Virus record (IMG/VR): IMGVR_UViG_3300017971_000277
Span: 8,863-72,862 of that record
Origin: a virus
Reading direction: 5' to 3' (one strand)
Length of the DNA stretch: 64,000 nt
In this document: piece after piece, positions 1 through 9,611 of the stretch
Layout of the letters: each line of letters begins with the position of its first letter
How positions within the stretch are numbered: the first letter of the stretch is position 1
Notes under the pieces: generated by a model
Databases searched by the model: none
Told to the model about the DNA's origin: nothing
The model's input: the letters and a program-made list of their open reading frames with translations, nothing else
Position numbers and translations under genes: made by a program

Positions 1-494
1 ATCGCCTCGTCAATGCCCTGGTGGAAGAGGAAGAAGTCCAGCCCTTGAGGGAGCATGTTGACGAAGGTGCGCCACTCCCCGTAGTTGGTTGTGAACGGGT
101 GGGCAGCAAAACCTAGGTAGTGCTCGACTCGAGCAACGACCGGCTGGTCGATGACCGTAGCGAAGTCTCGGAAGGCGTCGAGGCTGTGCCGGTTGCCTAG
201 CTTGTCGTATTGGTCGTGATTCCCAACCAAGATGTAGAGGTGGGGAACAGCCTGCGCGATGCGATGAAATGCCAGCCAAGTCGCCTGGTAGACATCCACA
301 TCGATCTTCGTTCTCGAGTGAAAGCAGTCACCAAGAAAGAACACCACATCAACCGACATCTTCTCGCAGAACGCTCGGATCTCCTCGAGCACGTCAAGAG
401 TCGCCTGAAGGCGAGAGTTCCTGCCGTTGGGGAGCGTCTGCGCGAACTGCGAGAAGTTGTGGCTGTGGAGATCTGCGAAGCAGACGACTCGCAC
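1..494 (-). CDS. Metallophosphoesterase, SbcD/Mre11/T4 gp47-like recombination nuclease (3' end outside window)
   Basis: Hand translation from GTG at 494 (overlaps upstream TAG): MRVVCFADLHSH...FFLGDCFH...LVGNHDQY, i.e. DxH, GD and GNHD motifs; not in ORF track because truncated. Confidence 0.88.
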   Translation of the reverse strand, partial: MRVVCFADLHSHNFSQFAQTLPNGRNSRLQATLDVLEEIRAFCEKMSVDVVFFLGDCFHSRTKIDVDVYQATWLAFHRIAQAVPHLYILVGNHDQYDKLGNRHSLDAFRDFATVIDQPVVARVEHYLGFAAHPFTTNYGEWRTFVNMLPQGLDFFLFHQGIDEA

Positions 495-829
495 TAGTGG
501 CGGGGCTTCGACTTCATGCGGTTGCGGTAGCGCTCGTTGTCGGTTGCTGCCTGAGCAGCACGCCCACCGATCGTGAAGTAGACCGAAGGCTCGGACTTGA
601 ACTGCTCGCCGTTACGAGGGTCCTTGTAGTTCTTGCCCTTGCGGATCTTGGGGGTCACCGTGAAGGCGTGGATGAACCGGATGGGTCTGCGATCCATCAG
701 GGCTCGAGCGATCTCGTCCACGACGGCTCGGACGACTCGGTCTGCTTGCTGCTTCGGAGTGCGGTGCTTGTGCTCCTCCAAGGTGTAGGTGGCTACCTCC
801 TCGAGAGACGCCAGGGTCAGGTTCTTCAT
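494..829 (-). CDS. HU/IHF-like DNA-binding protein
   Basis: C-terminal 111 aa of ORF 494..1435: VVRAVVDEIARAL...FTVTPKIRKGKNYKDPRNGEQF matches the HU arm pattern; ATG overlaps recA stop. Confidence 0.8.
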   Translation of the reverse strand: MKNLTLASLEEVATYTLEEHKHRTPKQQADRVVRAVVDEIARALMDRRPIRFIHAFTVTPKIRKGKNYKDPRNGEQFKSEPSVYFTIGGRAAQAATDNERYRNRMKSKPRH

Positions 830-1935
830 TCTTTCTCCTCTGCTGGGGTGTAGTCGGGGTCGCTCAACTGAGGAACGACCTCGAGCACCTTGGGCCAGTC
901 CTTCTTGCGGAACTTCTTCCAGCCCTCGATGTTCTTCGTGATGAGTGGATGGAGGTCGTAGTAGCCACCACCCTTGCCAGCCTTCAGCACGTAGGGATGT
1001 CGCTTCCCGTCGTGAAAGAAGGTCCGTTCGTTGCTCAAGTACCACTCGAGCAAAGCTTCGTCCACGTCCACACCAAGCTTGGTGATCTGCCCGGTGAAGG
1101 TTGGATGTGGATACTGAGGTTCGGTGTAGAAGGGAAGGACGACCCTGCGGAACGCCGGAGCAGCGCGGTTCTTCGTCACCTCTCCCACCAGCCGCTTTCC
1201 GATCTCTACACCCGTCTCGTCGTCCACGATGTCCGACGTGCGATACGTGGTCGTCTGTCCCTTCGGGTTGGCGAAAGCAAGCTGCACCCGCTGGCTGCTG
1301 TAGAAAGGCCAGGACTTGCCGCCCGTGCTCTCCTCTCGAGCCTGACCGCGGGCGTCGAAACTTGCGACGCGGATCTGGTTGCTGGCAATGACTAGAGCCT
1401 TCGCCTTGCTCACCAGGCTGATGATGAGTTGGCATCCTTGCGACATCGTCAGCGCCTTGGAGAGATCGCGCTTCGCCATACCCTTCGCCTGAAGGTGATC
1501 GGTCGAGAGAGCAGCGATGGAGTCGAGCGCAATCACGACTTCAGGCTCGCCTGGGGCCTCGATGATCTTCTTGAGGAGCTTCTGCACGGCAGTAAAGAAG
1601 TCCTCGGTTGTCTCGACCTCTCGGACCAGCAGGTTGTCTAGATCGCCACCCAGAAGCTCGAACAGGAATGGGTTGAACGCACCCTCGGTTTCGAGAAGGA
1701 CTGCTACACCACCGTTTTGCTGGCAGGAGATCAGGGTCAGGTAGAGCATGATCGTCTTGCCCGACCCCCAGTTGCCGTAGATCTCTGCCAGACCTCCGTA
1801 ACGCCAGCCTCCCCCGAGAGCCCAGTCGAGGCTGGGAATCCCGGTCGGCACGAATCCCTTCTGCCAGATGGGTTGGCTCGCGGTCGTTAGACCATCGAGC
1901 GCACCCATAAATGCCTTTTGGAGCTTGTCGCTCAC
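826..1935 (-). CDS. recA: RecA/UvsX-like recombinase
   Basis: PTGIPSLDWALGGG, Walker A GNWGSGKT, Walker B IALDSIAAL, NQIR, TGG, KNR; GTGA overlap start. Confidence 0.92.
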   Translation of the reverse strand: MSDKLQKAFMGALDGLTTASQPIWQKGFVPTGIPSLDWALGGGWRYGGLAEIYGNWGSGKTIMLYLTLISCQQNGGVAVLLETEGAFNPFLFELLGGDLDNLLVREVETTEDFFTAVQKLLKKIIEAPGEPEVVIALDSIAALSTDHLQAKGMAKRDLSKALTMSQGCQLIISLVSKAKALVIASNQIRVASFDARGQAREESTGGKSWPFYSSQRVQLAFANPKGQTTTYRTSDIVDDETGVEIGKRLVGEVTKNRAAPAFRRVVLPFYTEPQYPHPTFTGQITKLGVDVDEALLEWYLSNERTFFHDGKRHPYVLKAGKGGGYYDLHPLITKNIEGWKKFRKKDWPKVLEVVPQLSDPDYTPAEEKE

Positions 1936-2624
1936 ACAGTCCACTTCGCAGCGAGAGCCGACTTGATCTCCTTGGCGAAGGAGATGATGTCCTTGTGATC
2001 GAGGTCGGTCTGCTCGCGGATGTATTCGCGCACGACCTCGGAGGTGAAGCGCATCAGCGCCACGTCGATGCGGACGTAGTCACTGACGCTGAGCGGAGGA
2101 ACAGCAGTCTCCGCCTGGGTGCGGTTCCACTGAACCTGCACGCTGGTCTTCGGAGAATCGGTCTTGGTTTCCGCACTCCACGAAGCCAGTTCGACCTTCG
2201 TCTCGCCGGAGTCCTCGTCCTCGTCCTCGTCCTCGTCGGGAGGCGGAGGCGCGGCTGGATGGGACTTCTTGATGATTGCTGCGTTCGCCTTGTCGATCGC
2301 TTCCGACTTGCTGTCGGACAGCGGCTCACCGTCATCGCTGCTTCCCCAGCCGTCATCATCGTCAGCAGGAGGAGGCGGAGGAGGCGGAGGAGGCGCGGGG
2401 CTTGGCCTCGGCCCACTCGGCGTCGGCGGAGGAGGCGGAGGACCGTCCGAGCCACCCATCAGGTCCATGATCTTTGCCAGGTTCTTGCCGCGGGGAGCGC
2501 TCTTCCCAAGCTCCCAGTAGCGAATCGTGTTCGGGTTGACGCCGATCTCGTCGGCGACATCGGAGCGCTTCTTGCCCTGCTTTTGCCGCCAGGAGATCAG
2601 CGCTTCCGGGCTGAAATCTTCCAT
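1932..2624 (-). CDS. XRE-family HTH regulator with polyproline/acidic linker and C-terminal domain
   Basis: RSDVADEIGVNPNTIRYWELGKSAP HTH; GAGG RBS before ATG 2624. Confidence 0.8.
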   Translation of the reverse strand: MEDFSPEALISWRQKQGKKRSDVADEIGVNPNTIRYWELGKSAPRGKNLAKIMDLMGGSDGPPPPPPTPSGPRPSPAPPPPPPPPPADDDDGWGSSDDGEPLSDSKSEAIDKANAAIIKKSHPAAPPPPDEDEDEDEDSGETKVELASWSAETKTDSPKTSVQVQWNRTQAETAVPPLSVSDYVRIDVALMRFTSEVVREYIREQTDLDHKDIISFAKEIKSALAAKWTV

Positions 2625-2643
2625 TGTGTCTACCTCAATAGGG

Positions 2644-2790
2644 GATGGGGAGGGAAGCAGCATTCCCTCTCCCATCAGTGGTCCAAGCTCCCCGACGCCT
2701 CCCGCTAAGAGGCGTCCATTAGCGGGCAGGAGCTAGGCTGCGACCTGTCTTAATGCTCGCCTCAGACACCACACCGGAGCCTGAGACGAG
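2644..2790 (-). promoter_or_regulatory. Structured intergenic RNA (hairpins plus overlapping or alternative stems)
   Basis: Hairpin 2644-2676; outer stem AGCTCC/GGAGCT (2686-91/2729-34) enclosing GACGCCTC/GAGGCGTC and CCCGCTAA/TTAGCGGG; imperfect hairpin 2756-2790. Confidence 0.55.
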
Positions 2791-2796
2791 TTCGGC

Positions 2797-3090
2797 CTAA
2801 GCCGGTGTTTCGATGACCGCGACGACCGCGTCCGCATTGATGCAGACGATCTCGTGCCCACCCACGCTGAACGTGTTGCCAGCCGTCTTCATGTAGTGGA
2901 CGTGATTCCCGGCCTTCAGGTCGGAGATCTGGTCGCCGACCGAAACGATGATGCCCTCTTGGATGTTCTCACCGATCTTGGCCTGCGTGGGCAGCGTCAG
3001 CTTCTCGTGCGTCGGAGCCAACCGCTTCAGGTAGCAGTAGCGGTTGCGCACTCGAACAGGAAGCTGAGGAACGACGATCTTGTCACCCAT
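2797..3090 (-). CDS. GroES/Cpn10-like co-chaperonin
   Basis: 97 aa; LTLPTQAK mobile-loop-like segment, EGIIVSVG, LKAGNHV, INADAVVAVIE. Confidence 0.8.
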   Translation of the reverse strand: MGDKIVVPQLPVRVRNRYCYLKRLAPTHEKLTLPTQAKIGENIQEGIIVSVGDQISDLKAGNHVHYMKTAGNTFSVGGHEIVCINADAVVAVIETPA

Positions 3091-3092
3091 CG

Positions 3093-4265
3093 CTACTCCT
3101 CCAGGGCCGACTCGAGGTCAGCGCGGATGTCGCCGGGAGGCGGAGGAGGCGGCGATCCTCCGGCCTGCGGAACGAAGCCGACCTCGGTCGCCGACTTCCA
3201 CCCGTGAGACTGGTCGAGGGGCATGATCTTGAGCTTCTCCCCGTGACCCTTGTCCACGTAGCCAGTCTGGATCTGCTCTCCGCTGAGCTTGACCGTCTGC
3301 CCGTTGACGCCAGCCCAGAACTCTGCCTCGAGCAGAGCCGAGTCGGTCGGGGTCGGAGGCGGCTTGGGAGCGCTGGGGTGGGCAGGGAGGCCGGCAGCCT
3401 TGGCAGCCTGAGCGTTCTTGCGCCGGATCTCCTCCATCTGCGAATCGACCGACTTGGCCTGCGCGGGCGGCTTGCTTTCCCGCTGCGGCTCGCTGTTGGT
3501 CGGCGCAGGCGCGTCTCCGCTCTCTCGGTCAGCCTCCCGCTGCGCCTGGCGAGCCTTGCGGTAAGCCTCCTCGGTGCCCTCGAGACAGGCACGAATGTAG
3601 TCCGGCTCGTCGGCCTCGAGCACGTAGTTCTTGGCGAACAGGTCTTCTTCGACCCACGAGGGATCGCCAAGCGGAGTCGGCTTCGGCTTCGGCACGACCT
3701 TCCACGCCGGGAACCCGTCAGCCGTCTTGGTCTTGGGCGTGTAGACCACCGTGATGTCGTGGCCCTCGTCCGCGTCGGTGATGTCACCGTAGTCCGGGTC
3801 GAGGATGATGGAGAGGATCTCGCGCAGGACGGTGCGGTTGGTATCCCACTGTAGCGGACCCTTGCTCTGCCAGGACTCCCCTTCTGCGTCCTTGTCTTGA
3901 TCTCCGATGGTTCGCGCGACTGCGAACATGATGATGCGCTTGGCCATCCGCATGAACTTCGCCCGCTTCTTGTCAGCCTCACTTCCAGCCTTTAGGCGCT
4001 GAAGCTCCTCGATCATCGGGTCTTCCGCATCCGGGTCGAACTGGCTCGGAGGAACGATGACGTTCTTGTTCGGCCCGACGTTAAAGCACTTCGTGACCTC
4101 TTCGTAGAAGATGTCGCGATCTCCGGTCGGAGGACAGATGCGGATGACATTCCGACCCTCCGCGAGCTTGAGGTAACCGGACTTCCCGCCCTTCGACCTC
4201 TCGGCTTCTTCACGGGCGAGAGCAGCCTCCTGCTCCCGCACCTTGTCCAAATTCAGCTTGCCCAT
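3093..4265 (-). CDS. gp32-like single-stranded DNA-binding protein with C-terminal GYF_2-like domain
   Basis: YLKLAEGRNVIRICPP, DPDYGDITDADEGHDITV; position next to UvsY-like gene; acidic tail. Confidence 0.75.
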   Translation of the reverse strand: MGKLNLDKVREQEAALAREEAERSKGGKSGYLKLAEGRNVIRICPPTGDRDIFYEEVTKCFNVGPNKNVIVPPSQFDPDAEDPMIEELQRLKAGSEADKKRAKFMRMAKRIIMFAVARTIGDQDKDAEGESWQSKGPLQWDTNRTVLREILSIILDPDYGDITDADEGHDITVVYTPKTKTADGFPAWKVVPKPKPTPLGDPSWVEEDLFAKNYVLEADEPDYIRACLEGTEEAYRKARQAQREADRESGDAPAPTNSEPQRESKPPAQAKSVDSQMEEIRRKNAQAAKAAGLPAHPSAPKPPPTPTDSALLEAEFWAGVNGQTVKLSGEQIQTGYVDKGHGEKLKIMPLDQSHGWKSATEVGFVPQAGGSPPPPPPGDIRADLESALEE

Positions 4266-4900
4266 TAGCTCCTCTTTGCCTTGCGGATTGCCTTGTAGCG
4301 GTCTGCCCACGCCTCCATCTCGGCGTCGGTCACTGGTTTCTTGTTGGTTTCGTCGGTCCCTCGCCCATCGGTGGACGGTTCGAACCAAGCGCGCTCGCCC
4401 TCGGTCAACTCAGCAGAGAAGGTCTTGTTCGGCTTGTCGATCGGAAGCGACTCAAGCTCGACTCGCTGCCTGCTGTTAAGCGACTGGAGCATATCCTTCC
4501 GCTGCCGAAACGCTTCTTCGACTCGCTTCATCACCGCTGCGGTCTGCTGTAGCTTCTCGAGCAGCTTGACCGCAACGGTATATTCTGGATCGGACATCGC
4601 GATGTCGTTCATGTTCTGCACGGTCGCTCGCCGGCCATTCTCTGCGCAGACAGCTTCCGCACGAACACGAGCCCTTGGCAGGATCTCCTCCTCGACCACA
4701 CGCTTCTGCCGCTTGGCAGCCTGATCTGCGTGTGCGTGGAGGATTGCCCAATGCATGAAGATCTCAGCCTGACGGACCATATCCGACAGCATGTTCTGCT
4801 GGTCGATTCTGATTGCGTCCGCTAGGTCGCACTCGAGAAGTTCCGGGTGCTTCTGATAGCGGTTGAGGATTTCGCTGTAGCTCACGCGAGTTGTCTCCAC
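4265..4900 (-). CDS. UvsY-like recombination mediator
   Basis: Helical; IRIDQQNM..., SDPEY, EAFRQRKDMLQSL pattern; context between polymerase and SSB. Confidence 0.6.
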   Translation of the reverse strand: METTRVSYSEILNRYQKHPELLECDLADAIRIDQQNMLSDMVRQAEIFMHWAILHAHADQAAKRQKRVVEEEILPRARVRAEAVCAENGRRATVQNMNDIAMSDPEYTVAVKLLEKLQQTAAVMKRVEEAFRQRKDMLQSLNSRQRVELESLPIDKPNKTFSAELTEGERAWFEPSTDGRGTDETNKKPVTDAEMEAWADRYKAIRKAKRS

Positions 4901-7455
4901 TCACCTTTTGATGTTTTAACCCTTCGTCCGTCAATGTCAAGCTCGCGAAGATTTCCCCAGGACTTTCCGACCTCAAAGTCCACAGTGAGAGGGACTTCGC
5001 CCATGAAAGAAAACCCAAGGTTCTCCATCACGTCTCGGCAGACACCGCAGAGTTTAAAAAGGTCGCTTGGCTTAACTTCCCACAGGATCGAGTCGTAGAC
5101 CGTCAGGACCATATGCGCGTCGAATCCAAGCTCGCGCACGATACGCCCTAGACGCACGATCGCAAACAGAGTGAAGTCGCTAGCCGTGCTTTGGACCGGG
5201 AAGTTAAGCGCTGCTCGCTTGGCTTCGTTGTTGATCCTAGGGTAGTAGCGACGCCGACCAAACTCCGTCTCTTGGTAGCCGTGTTCGGTGATGATGGCGA
5301 TCTGCTGACGCATCCACGCCCAAACTTGCGGGTGTGCTTGCTTGTGCGCAGAAAGGAAGTCGAGAGCGGCCTCTTCCGCCTCCCTCTCCATCTCCAGCAT
5401 CTTGCGCTGCGACAGCTTGAGCTTCCTAGCTTTGGACCTCGCCTCTTTCACGAAGTCGTTGATGAGGCTCTGCTCGCTCTTGCCGTAGATGATGCCGAAG
5501 TTCACTGCTTTGGCTCGAGAGCGCTGCGCCTTCGTTACCTCCTCGAGAGAGCACCCGTAAACGCGAGCAGCGGTCGCTGTGTGAACGTCCAGACCATCCA
5601 TGTAGATCTGGATGAGATTCACGTCGCCAGAAAGCATCGCTAGTGTGCGTAGCTCAGCCTGGCTGTAGTCCACCTGAACGTAGACGTAGCCGTCTCGAGG
5701 CACGAAGCACGCCTTCAGAATCCGGCCATCCTCCAGCCCAGCACGCTCCACGGTGTCCTTCCGAACCTGATTCAGAAGGTTCGGGTCGCTCGAGCTAGGT
5801 CGTCCGGTGACCGTTCCGTTCATGCGGATAGACGTGTGGACGAATTCGGAAAGCTCGCTGGCTTTGGTCAACGAGCCGTAGTAGGTCTTGTAGAGCTTCC
5901 CGACGCGACGAAGCCGCAGGAGCCAAAAGCAGAAGGGCTCCTCCTCGTAGTGCTCGAGAACGTCCTTGTCGGTGCAGTAGCCTCCGGTGCCTGTCTCTTT
6001 GATCTTCGGCAGATGGAAGTAGTTCTGCATCAGGTCCGCAATCTGGTGCGGAGCATCGAAGGACAGGCTCTTGTTGTTCTTGAATTCCCAAGACTGCACT
6101 TGGGGAAGTGTGCGGATTTCCTTCTCGGCTTCCTCGAGCATCCCCTCAAGAACGGAGCCAAGCTCTAGGAGCGCTTCGGTGTTGAGTCGAAGCCCACGAG
6201 TCTCCATCCTGCGGAACTCGTGCCCCAGCGGAAGCTGAAGCTCGTGATGGAGCCACTGCTGCGCTTCGTTTAGCTCCGGCTCAAGCTTGAGGCGAACGCG
6301 CCAAGTTGCGTCAACGTCGTAGGCTCCATACTCACAGAGCTTTCGCGTGTCTCGCAGGTTGAACATATCCTTCCACGGAGGGATGGTCGTGTAGCGTCCT
6401 GCAAGGTAGCGCAGACCAGAACATCCGACATCGCTTCGAATGAGGTGCGCCGCATACATGGTGTCGAAGTCGAGCTTGAGCGTCTCTCCGGGCCAGTAGG
6501 CTTTCCGCCACCGCTCATCGAACTGCACCGCGTTCTGCCCAAAGAAGGTGTGCTTCGGCCAGAACTCAGCAAAGAGAGCATGGATCTGGCGTAGCTCGTC
6601 ATCGCTCCAGTAGGTGAGGCTCGAGATCCCACGCGCCTCGTAGGGGATCATGCGAGCGTGGCCTGGACCAGCAGAGAAGCAGAGAAGGACCAGCCGCGTG
6701 CCTGGGTGGGGGAAGGTCGTCTTCTCGAGGTCTGCTGTTCCGGTTTCGAAGTCGAAGCAGATAGTCGAGCCTTCGGGGAACTCGTCAAGGAACCTCTTCA
6801 CGTCCTCGACGGTGTTGGCGCGCTGGTAGTCGGTCTTGATCTCGTCTCCCACGCGCAAGTCTCTCGCAATCGCTTTCTCTCTCAGCCAGATCAGATCGCT
6901 GACCATACGCGCACGGATCGAGTCATATTCGTCCGGGTCTGCGTGCATGAGCGAAAGCGGCTGTTCAAACGCATAGACAGGGATCTTCGGATCTAGCGTG
7001 CAGGGAAGCCCTACGCGCCGAAAGCGATCCACACCGCTGAACCCAGTCAGCCAGTGAAGTGCCTTCCCACCCATCGCCACGATCGCTTTTGGACGGATGT
7101 CTCGGATCTCCTTTGCGAGATGTCCCTTGCAGCGCTTCCACCACGAGTCCTTGGGATCCGCGCCAAAGGGGCTGCACTTGACGCAGTTGGTCAGGTAGCA
7201 GTCCTGCACGTCGATCGATGAGGCGGAAAGCAGCCCGCGGAAGATCCTGCCGTTTGCTCCAGTGAACGATGACCCGATCTCGTCGTCCTCCGCTCCTGGC
7301 GCAAACCCGCAGAAAAACAAGAACGGATCTTGCGGTCCCGAACCGCGCATCAGGTTCGTGCGGAGATCAGGGTTGTCGCATAGCTCGCACGAAGTACATC
7401 TCAGGTCGGTGCGGGCATTTCCGCCGACGATTCTGACCAGATCGAATTCAGGCAC
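4882..7455 (-). CDS. polA: Family A DNA polymerase with N-terminal family-4 UDG-like domain and 3'-5' exonuclease
   Basis: CxxCxLC, GFAPG, YLTNCVKC (UDG); DFET, FDTM, YGAYD (exo); DYSQAELR, RSRAKAVNFGIIYG, TVYDS (motifs A/B/C). Confidence 0.95.
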   Translation of the reverse strand: MPEFDLVRIVGGNARTDLRCTSCELCDNPDLRTNLMRGSGPQDPFLFFCGFAPGAEDDEIGSSFTGANGRIFRGLLSASSIDVQDCYLTNCVKCSPFGADPKDSWWKRCKGHLAKEIRDIRPKAIVAMGGKALHWLTGFSGVDRFRRVGLPCTLDPKIPVYAFEQPLSLMHADPDEYDSIRARMVSDLIWLREKAIARDLRVGDEIKTDYQRANTVEDVKRFLDEFPEGSTICFDFETGTADLEKTTFPHPGTRLVLLCFSAGPGHARMIPYEARGISSLTYWSDDELRQIHALFAEFWPKHTFFGQNAVQFDERWRKAYWPGETLKLDFDTMYAAHLIRSDVGCSGLRYLAGRYTTIPPWKDMFNLRDTRKLCEYGAYDVDATWRVRLKLEPELNEAQQWLHHELQLPLGHEFRRMETRGLRLNTEALLELGSVLEGMLEEAEKEIRTLPQVQSWEFKNNKSLSFDAPHQIADLMQNYFHLPKIKETGTGGYCTDKDVLEHYEEEPFCFWLLRLRRVGKLYKTYYGSLTKASELSEFVHTSIRMNGTVTGRPSSSDPNLLNQVRKDTVERAGLEDGRILKACFVPRDGYVYVQVDYSQAELRTLAMLSGDVNLIQIYMDGLDVHTATAARVYGCSLEEVTKAQRSRAKAVNFGIIYGKSEQSLINDFVKEARSKARKLKLSQRKMLEMEREAEEAALDFLSAHKQAHPQVWAWMRQQIAIITEHGYQETEFGRRRYYPRINNEAKRAALNFPVQSTASDFTLFAIVRLGRIVRELGFDAHMVLTVYDSILWEVKPSDLFKLCGVCRDVMENLGFSFMGEVPLTVDFEVGKSWGNLRELDIDGRRVKTSKGEWRQLA

Positions 7456-8470
7456 CGTGCATCAACGCCATGCAGTGCTCTGCGCGGTCGTTGTAGAAGC
7501 GCAGCATTCTTCCCGCTCCTTCGATCACGTCAGAGAAGTCCATGCGGGTTGGCTTGAACGAGCGGAAGCACGCTGCGAGAGACTGCGCCTTGACCCAGAT
7601 CTTGAATGGTGTCTCGAACGGAGCGATGAGCGTTTCGCTGGCGTCTCCGTATTCTGCTCGAGCTTGGACCGTCAACGTGACCCCATCGCAGTCAAGGCAG
7701 ATTCGCGATTCGTCCTTGTCGGACATCGTTGCGACTCGAGCTACCGCGTTCTCGAGCCCCGGAGGGGTCGGGACGACGTGCGTCTTCTTCTCCGCAAAGC
7801 AAGTGTCGATCGCGGAGAAGGGCATGGACGTAGCAAGCTCGCTCGAGATCACCATGAGCCCAGACTCGTTGTAGGTAGCACCGAAGCGCGAACCTTCCCG
7901 CCAGAGCAGGTCAGGCTCTCCCGCTCGAGTGATCTGCTGGGCTGCGTCTCGGCTGATGAGGAAAGGCTTTTCGACCTGGCCTGGGATCAGCGATCTCGCA
8001 AGACGACGACCGTCCAGACCGTAGACGTGAGCACCGCGGAAGCCGATCGCGTAGAACTCAGGTCGATCCTTGGCGCTCGAGACGCAGAACAGAACATCGT
8101 GGATCGCGTCCTTGATGTTCACACCACGGAGCACAACCTCTGGTGCTTTGGGTTGAAGCTCGGGAAAGTCCCACGGTTGCGTCATCGGTAGCTTCGCCAC
8201 CATCTGATCGCAGGCGATCTCGACCCAGTCTCCGTGCTGCTCGAGGTCTACCCACAGGTCGTCATCGAAGTCCTTGATGAGCGCGGATAGCTTTAACGCG
8301 TTGAGGCATCCGGTGAACGGAACCTCGAGCGGAACGACTGACCCTGCTACACCGTTGAAGCTGGTCAGGAAGCCGTCCCGGAAACAGAGGTAGTCCCAAA
8401 GCTCCCCGTCCTTTGCGCCGCTCGTACCCATGACCGCTTTCACGGCTTTCTGAAGGACTCCGATCTCCAC
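7448..8470 (-). CDS. DNA polymerase III beta-clamp-like sliding clamp
   Basis: 340 aa; DFPEL, VLFCVSSAKDRPEFYAI, GLDGRRLA, YGDASE and terminal ALMH resemble DnaN. Confidence 0.75.
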   Translation of the reverse strand: MEIGVLQKAVKAVMGTSGAKDGELWDYLCFRDGFLTSFNGVAGSVVPLEVPFTGCLNALKLSALIKDFDDDLWVDLEQHGDWVEIACDQMVAKLPMTQPWDFPELQPKAPEVVLRGVNIKDAIHDVLFCVSSAKDRPEFYAIGFRGAHVYGLDGRRLARSLIPGQVEKPFLISRDAAQQITRAGEPDLLWREGSRFGATYNESGLMVISSELATSMPFSAIDTCFAEKKTHVVPTPPGLENAVARVATMSDKDESRICLDCDGVTLTVQARAEYGDASETLIAPFETPFKIWVKAQSLAACFRSFKPTRMDFSDVIEGAGRMLRFYNDRAEHCMALMHGA

Positions 8471-8697
8471 TAGGTGTTCGAGACGATCTGCACGTAGGCA
8501 ATCCGAGACTTACGAAAGTAGTGCTGAACGAGGTCCGCGTCCACGAGAGCGATGAACTCCGGGACTGGCTTCATAAGCTGAGCAGCGACTCGGTCAGCCT
8601 CGTCATCCGGCACCACGAACGTCCAGATCCCCTTTCCGTGTTTGGAGTTTGGAGCCGGAGCAGACTCTTCCACGATTCGAATGCTGCGCATCACCAA
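8470..8697 (-). CDS. Hypothetical protein
   Basis: Fills operon gap with coupled start/stop. Confidence 0.65.
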   Translation of the reverse strand: MVMRSIRIVEESAPAPNSKHGKGIWTFVVPDDEADRVAAQLMKPVPEFIALVDADLVQHYFRKSRIAYVQIVSNT

Positions 8698-9611
8698 CTG
8701 CCGATCTGCTCGAGAACGCTTTCCAGTTCGTAGCGCTCAAGCTGCTGAATGAAGTTCTTGAGGTCTAGCTTCCGTTCGGTCAGCCAACCGTCGCAGATCT
8801 CCACGATCTGCTGAGGTGTGTATTCCACCTCGTGCCAAGCCTTTGGAAGCTGCATGAGTTTGAGGTTGCGCACGACGACATCGCTCATCTTCTGAGCTTT
8901 GAGGAAGTAGTTGCGCGTGCCGTTGAAGTCAGCATCCTCGGTGGCGACAAGCTTTCCCTTCTCGAGATAGGCGTAGCCGGCGATCGTTCCGGCACGCTTG
9001 CGTCCGACCTGCGGAATGCCTGGAATGTTGTCGCTACTGTCACCAGAAAGAGCCTTGGCGAGAGGAATCTTGCTCATTGAGCAGCAAAACGCCTCTTCAG
9101 CCATAGGCACGCTGACCTGGCCCTTCTTCGGATCGTGGACCTCGATCCGCTCCCCAATGATCTGCCAGAAGTCGTGGTCGCCTGTGTAGACGACGACCGA
9201 ATGCCTACCGTCGTCTACGATCAGGTGCGCGAGGACCGAAATGATGTCGTCGGCTTCGGTACCTGCCACCTTGATCTGCTTGACATCGGTGAAAGACAGG
9301 ATCTCCTCGAGCGCGGAGAGTGTCTTCTGGTAGTCCTCCTTGTCCTTGCGCTCTTTCTCGTCCTTCGGCTCCTTGAGCGTGCGCCCACCCTTGTAGTCGG
9401 GGAACAGCTTCTCGCGGAAGGCTGCGCGTCCGTGGTCCCAAACGACCGCAGTGTGATGACCTGAGATGGCGAGGTTGTTCCGCAGCCAGGACAAGCTGCG
9501 CAAGAACCCAAGCAAGCCTCCGGTCGGAAACCCCTCACTGCTATAGAGTTCCCGCGAAGCGTAGAAGCACCTGGCGCACAGGTTGTTGGCGTCGATGAGG
9601 AGGTATTTCAC
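8691..9611 (-). CDS. 5'-3' exonuclease / flap endonuclease
   Basis: LLIDANN, WD, YKGGR, EADDII, TGDHDF, GDSSDNIPGIPQVG. Confidence 0.93.
   Translation of the reverse strand: MKYLLIDANNLCARCFYASRELYSSEGFPTGGLLGFLRSLSWLRNNLAISGHHTAVVWDHGRAAFREKLFPDYKGGRTLKEPKDEKERKDKEDYQKTLSALEEILSFTDVKQIKVAGTEADDIISVLAHLIVDDGRHSVVVYTGDHDFWQIIGERIEVHDPKKGQVSVPMAEEAFCCSMSKIPLAKALSGDSSDNIPGIPQVGRKRAGTIAGYAYLEKGKLVATEDADFNGTRNYFLKAQKMSDVVVRNLKLMQLPKAWHEVEYTPQQIVEICDGWLTERKLDLKNFIQQLERYELESVLEQIGSW

Noticed and set aside
494-1435. 313-aa ORF as a single gene
   Set aside because: First ~200 codons overlap recA and look non-coding; only the HU-like part from ATG 829 is credible
2640-2700. Hammerhead ribozyme
   Set aside because: Minus strand has CTGATGG rather than CTGANGA and lacks the GAAA core
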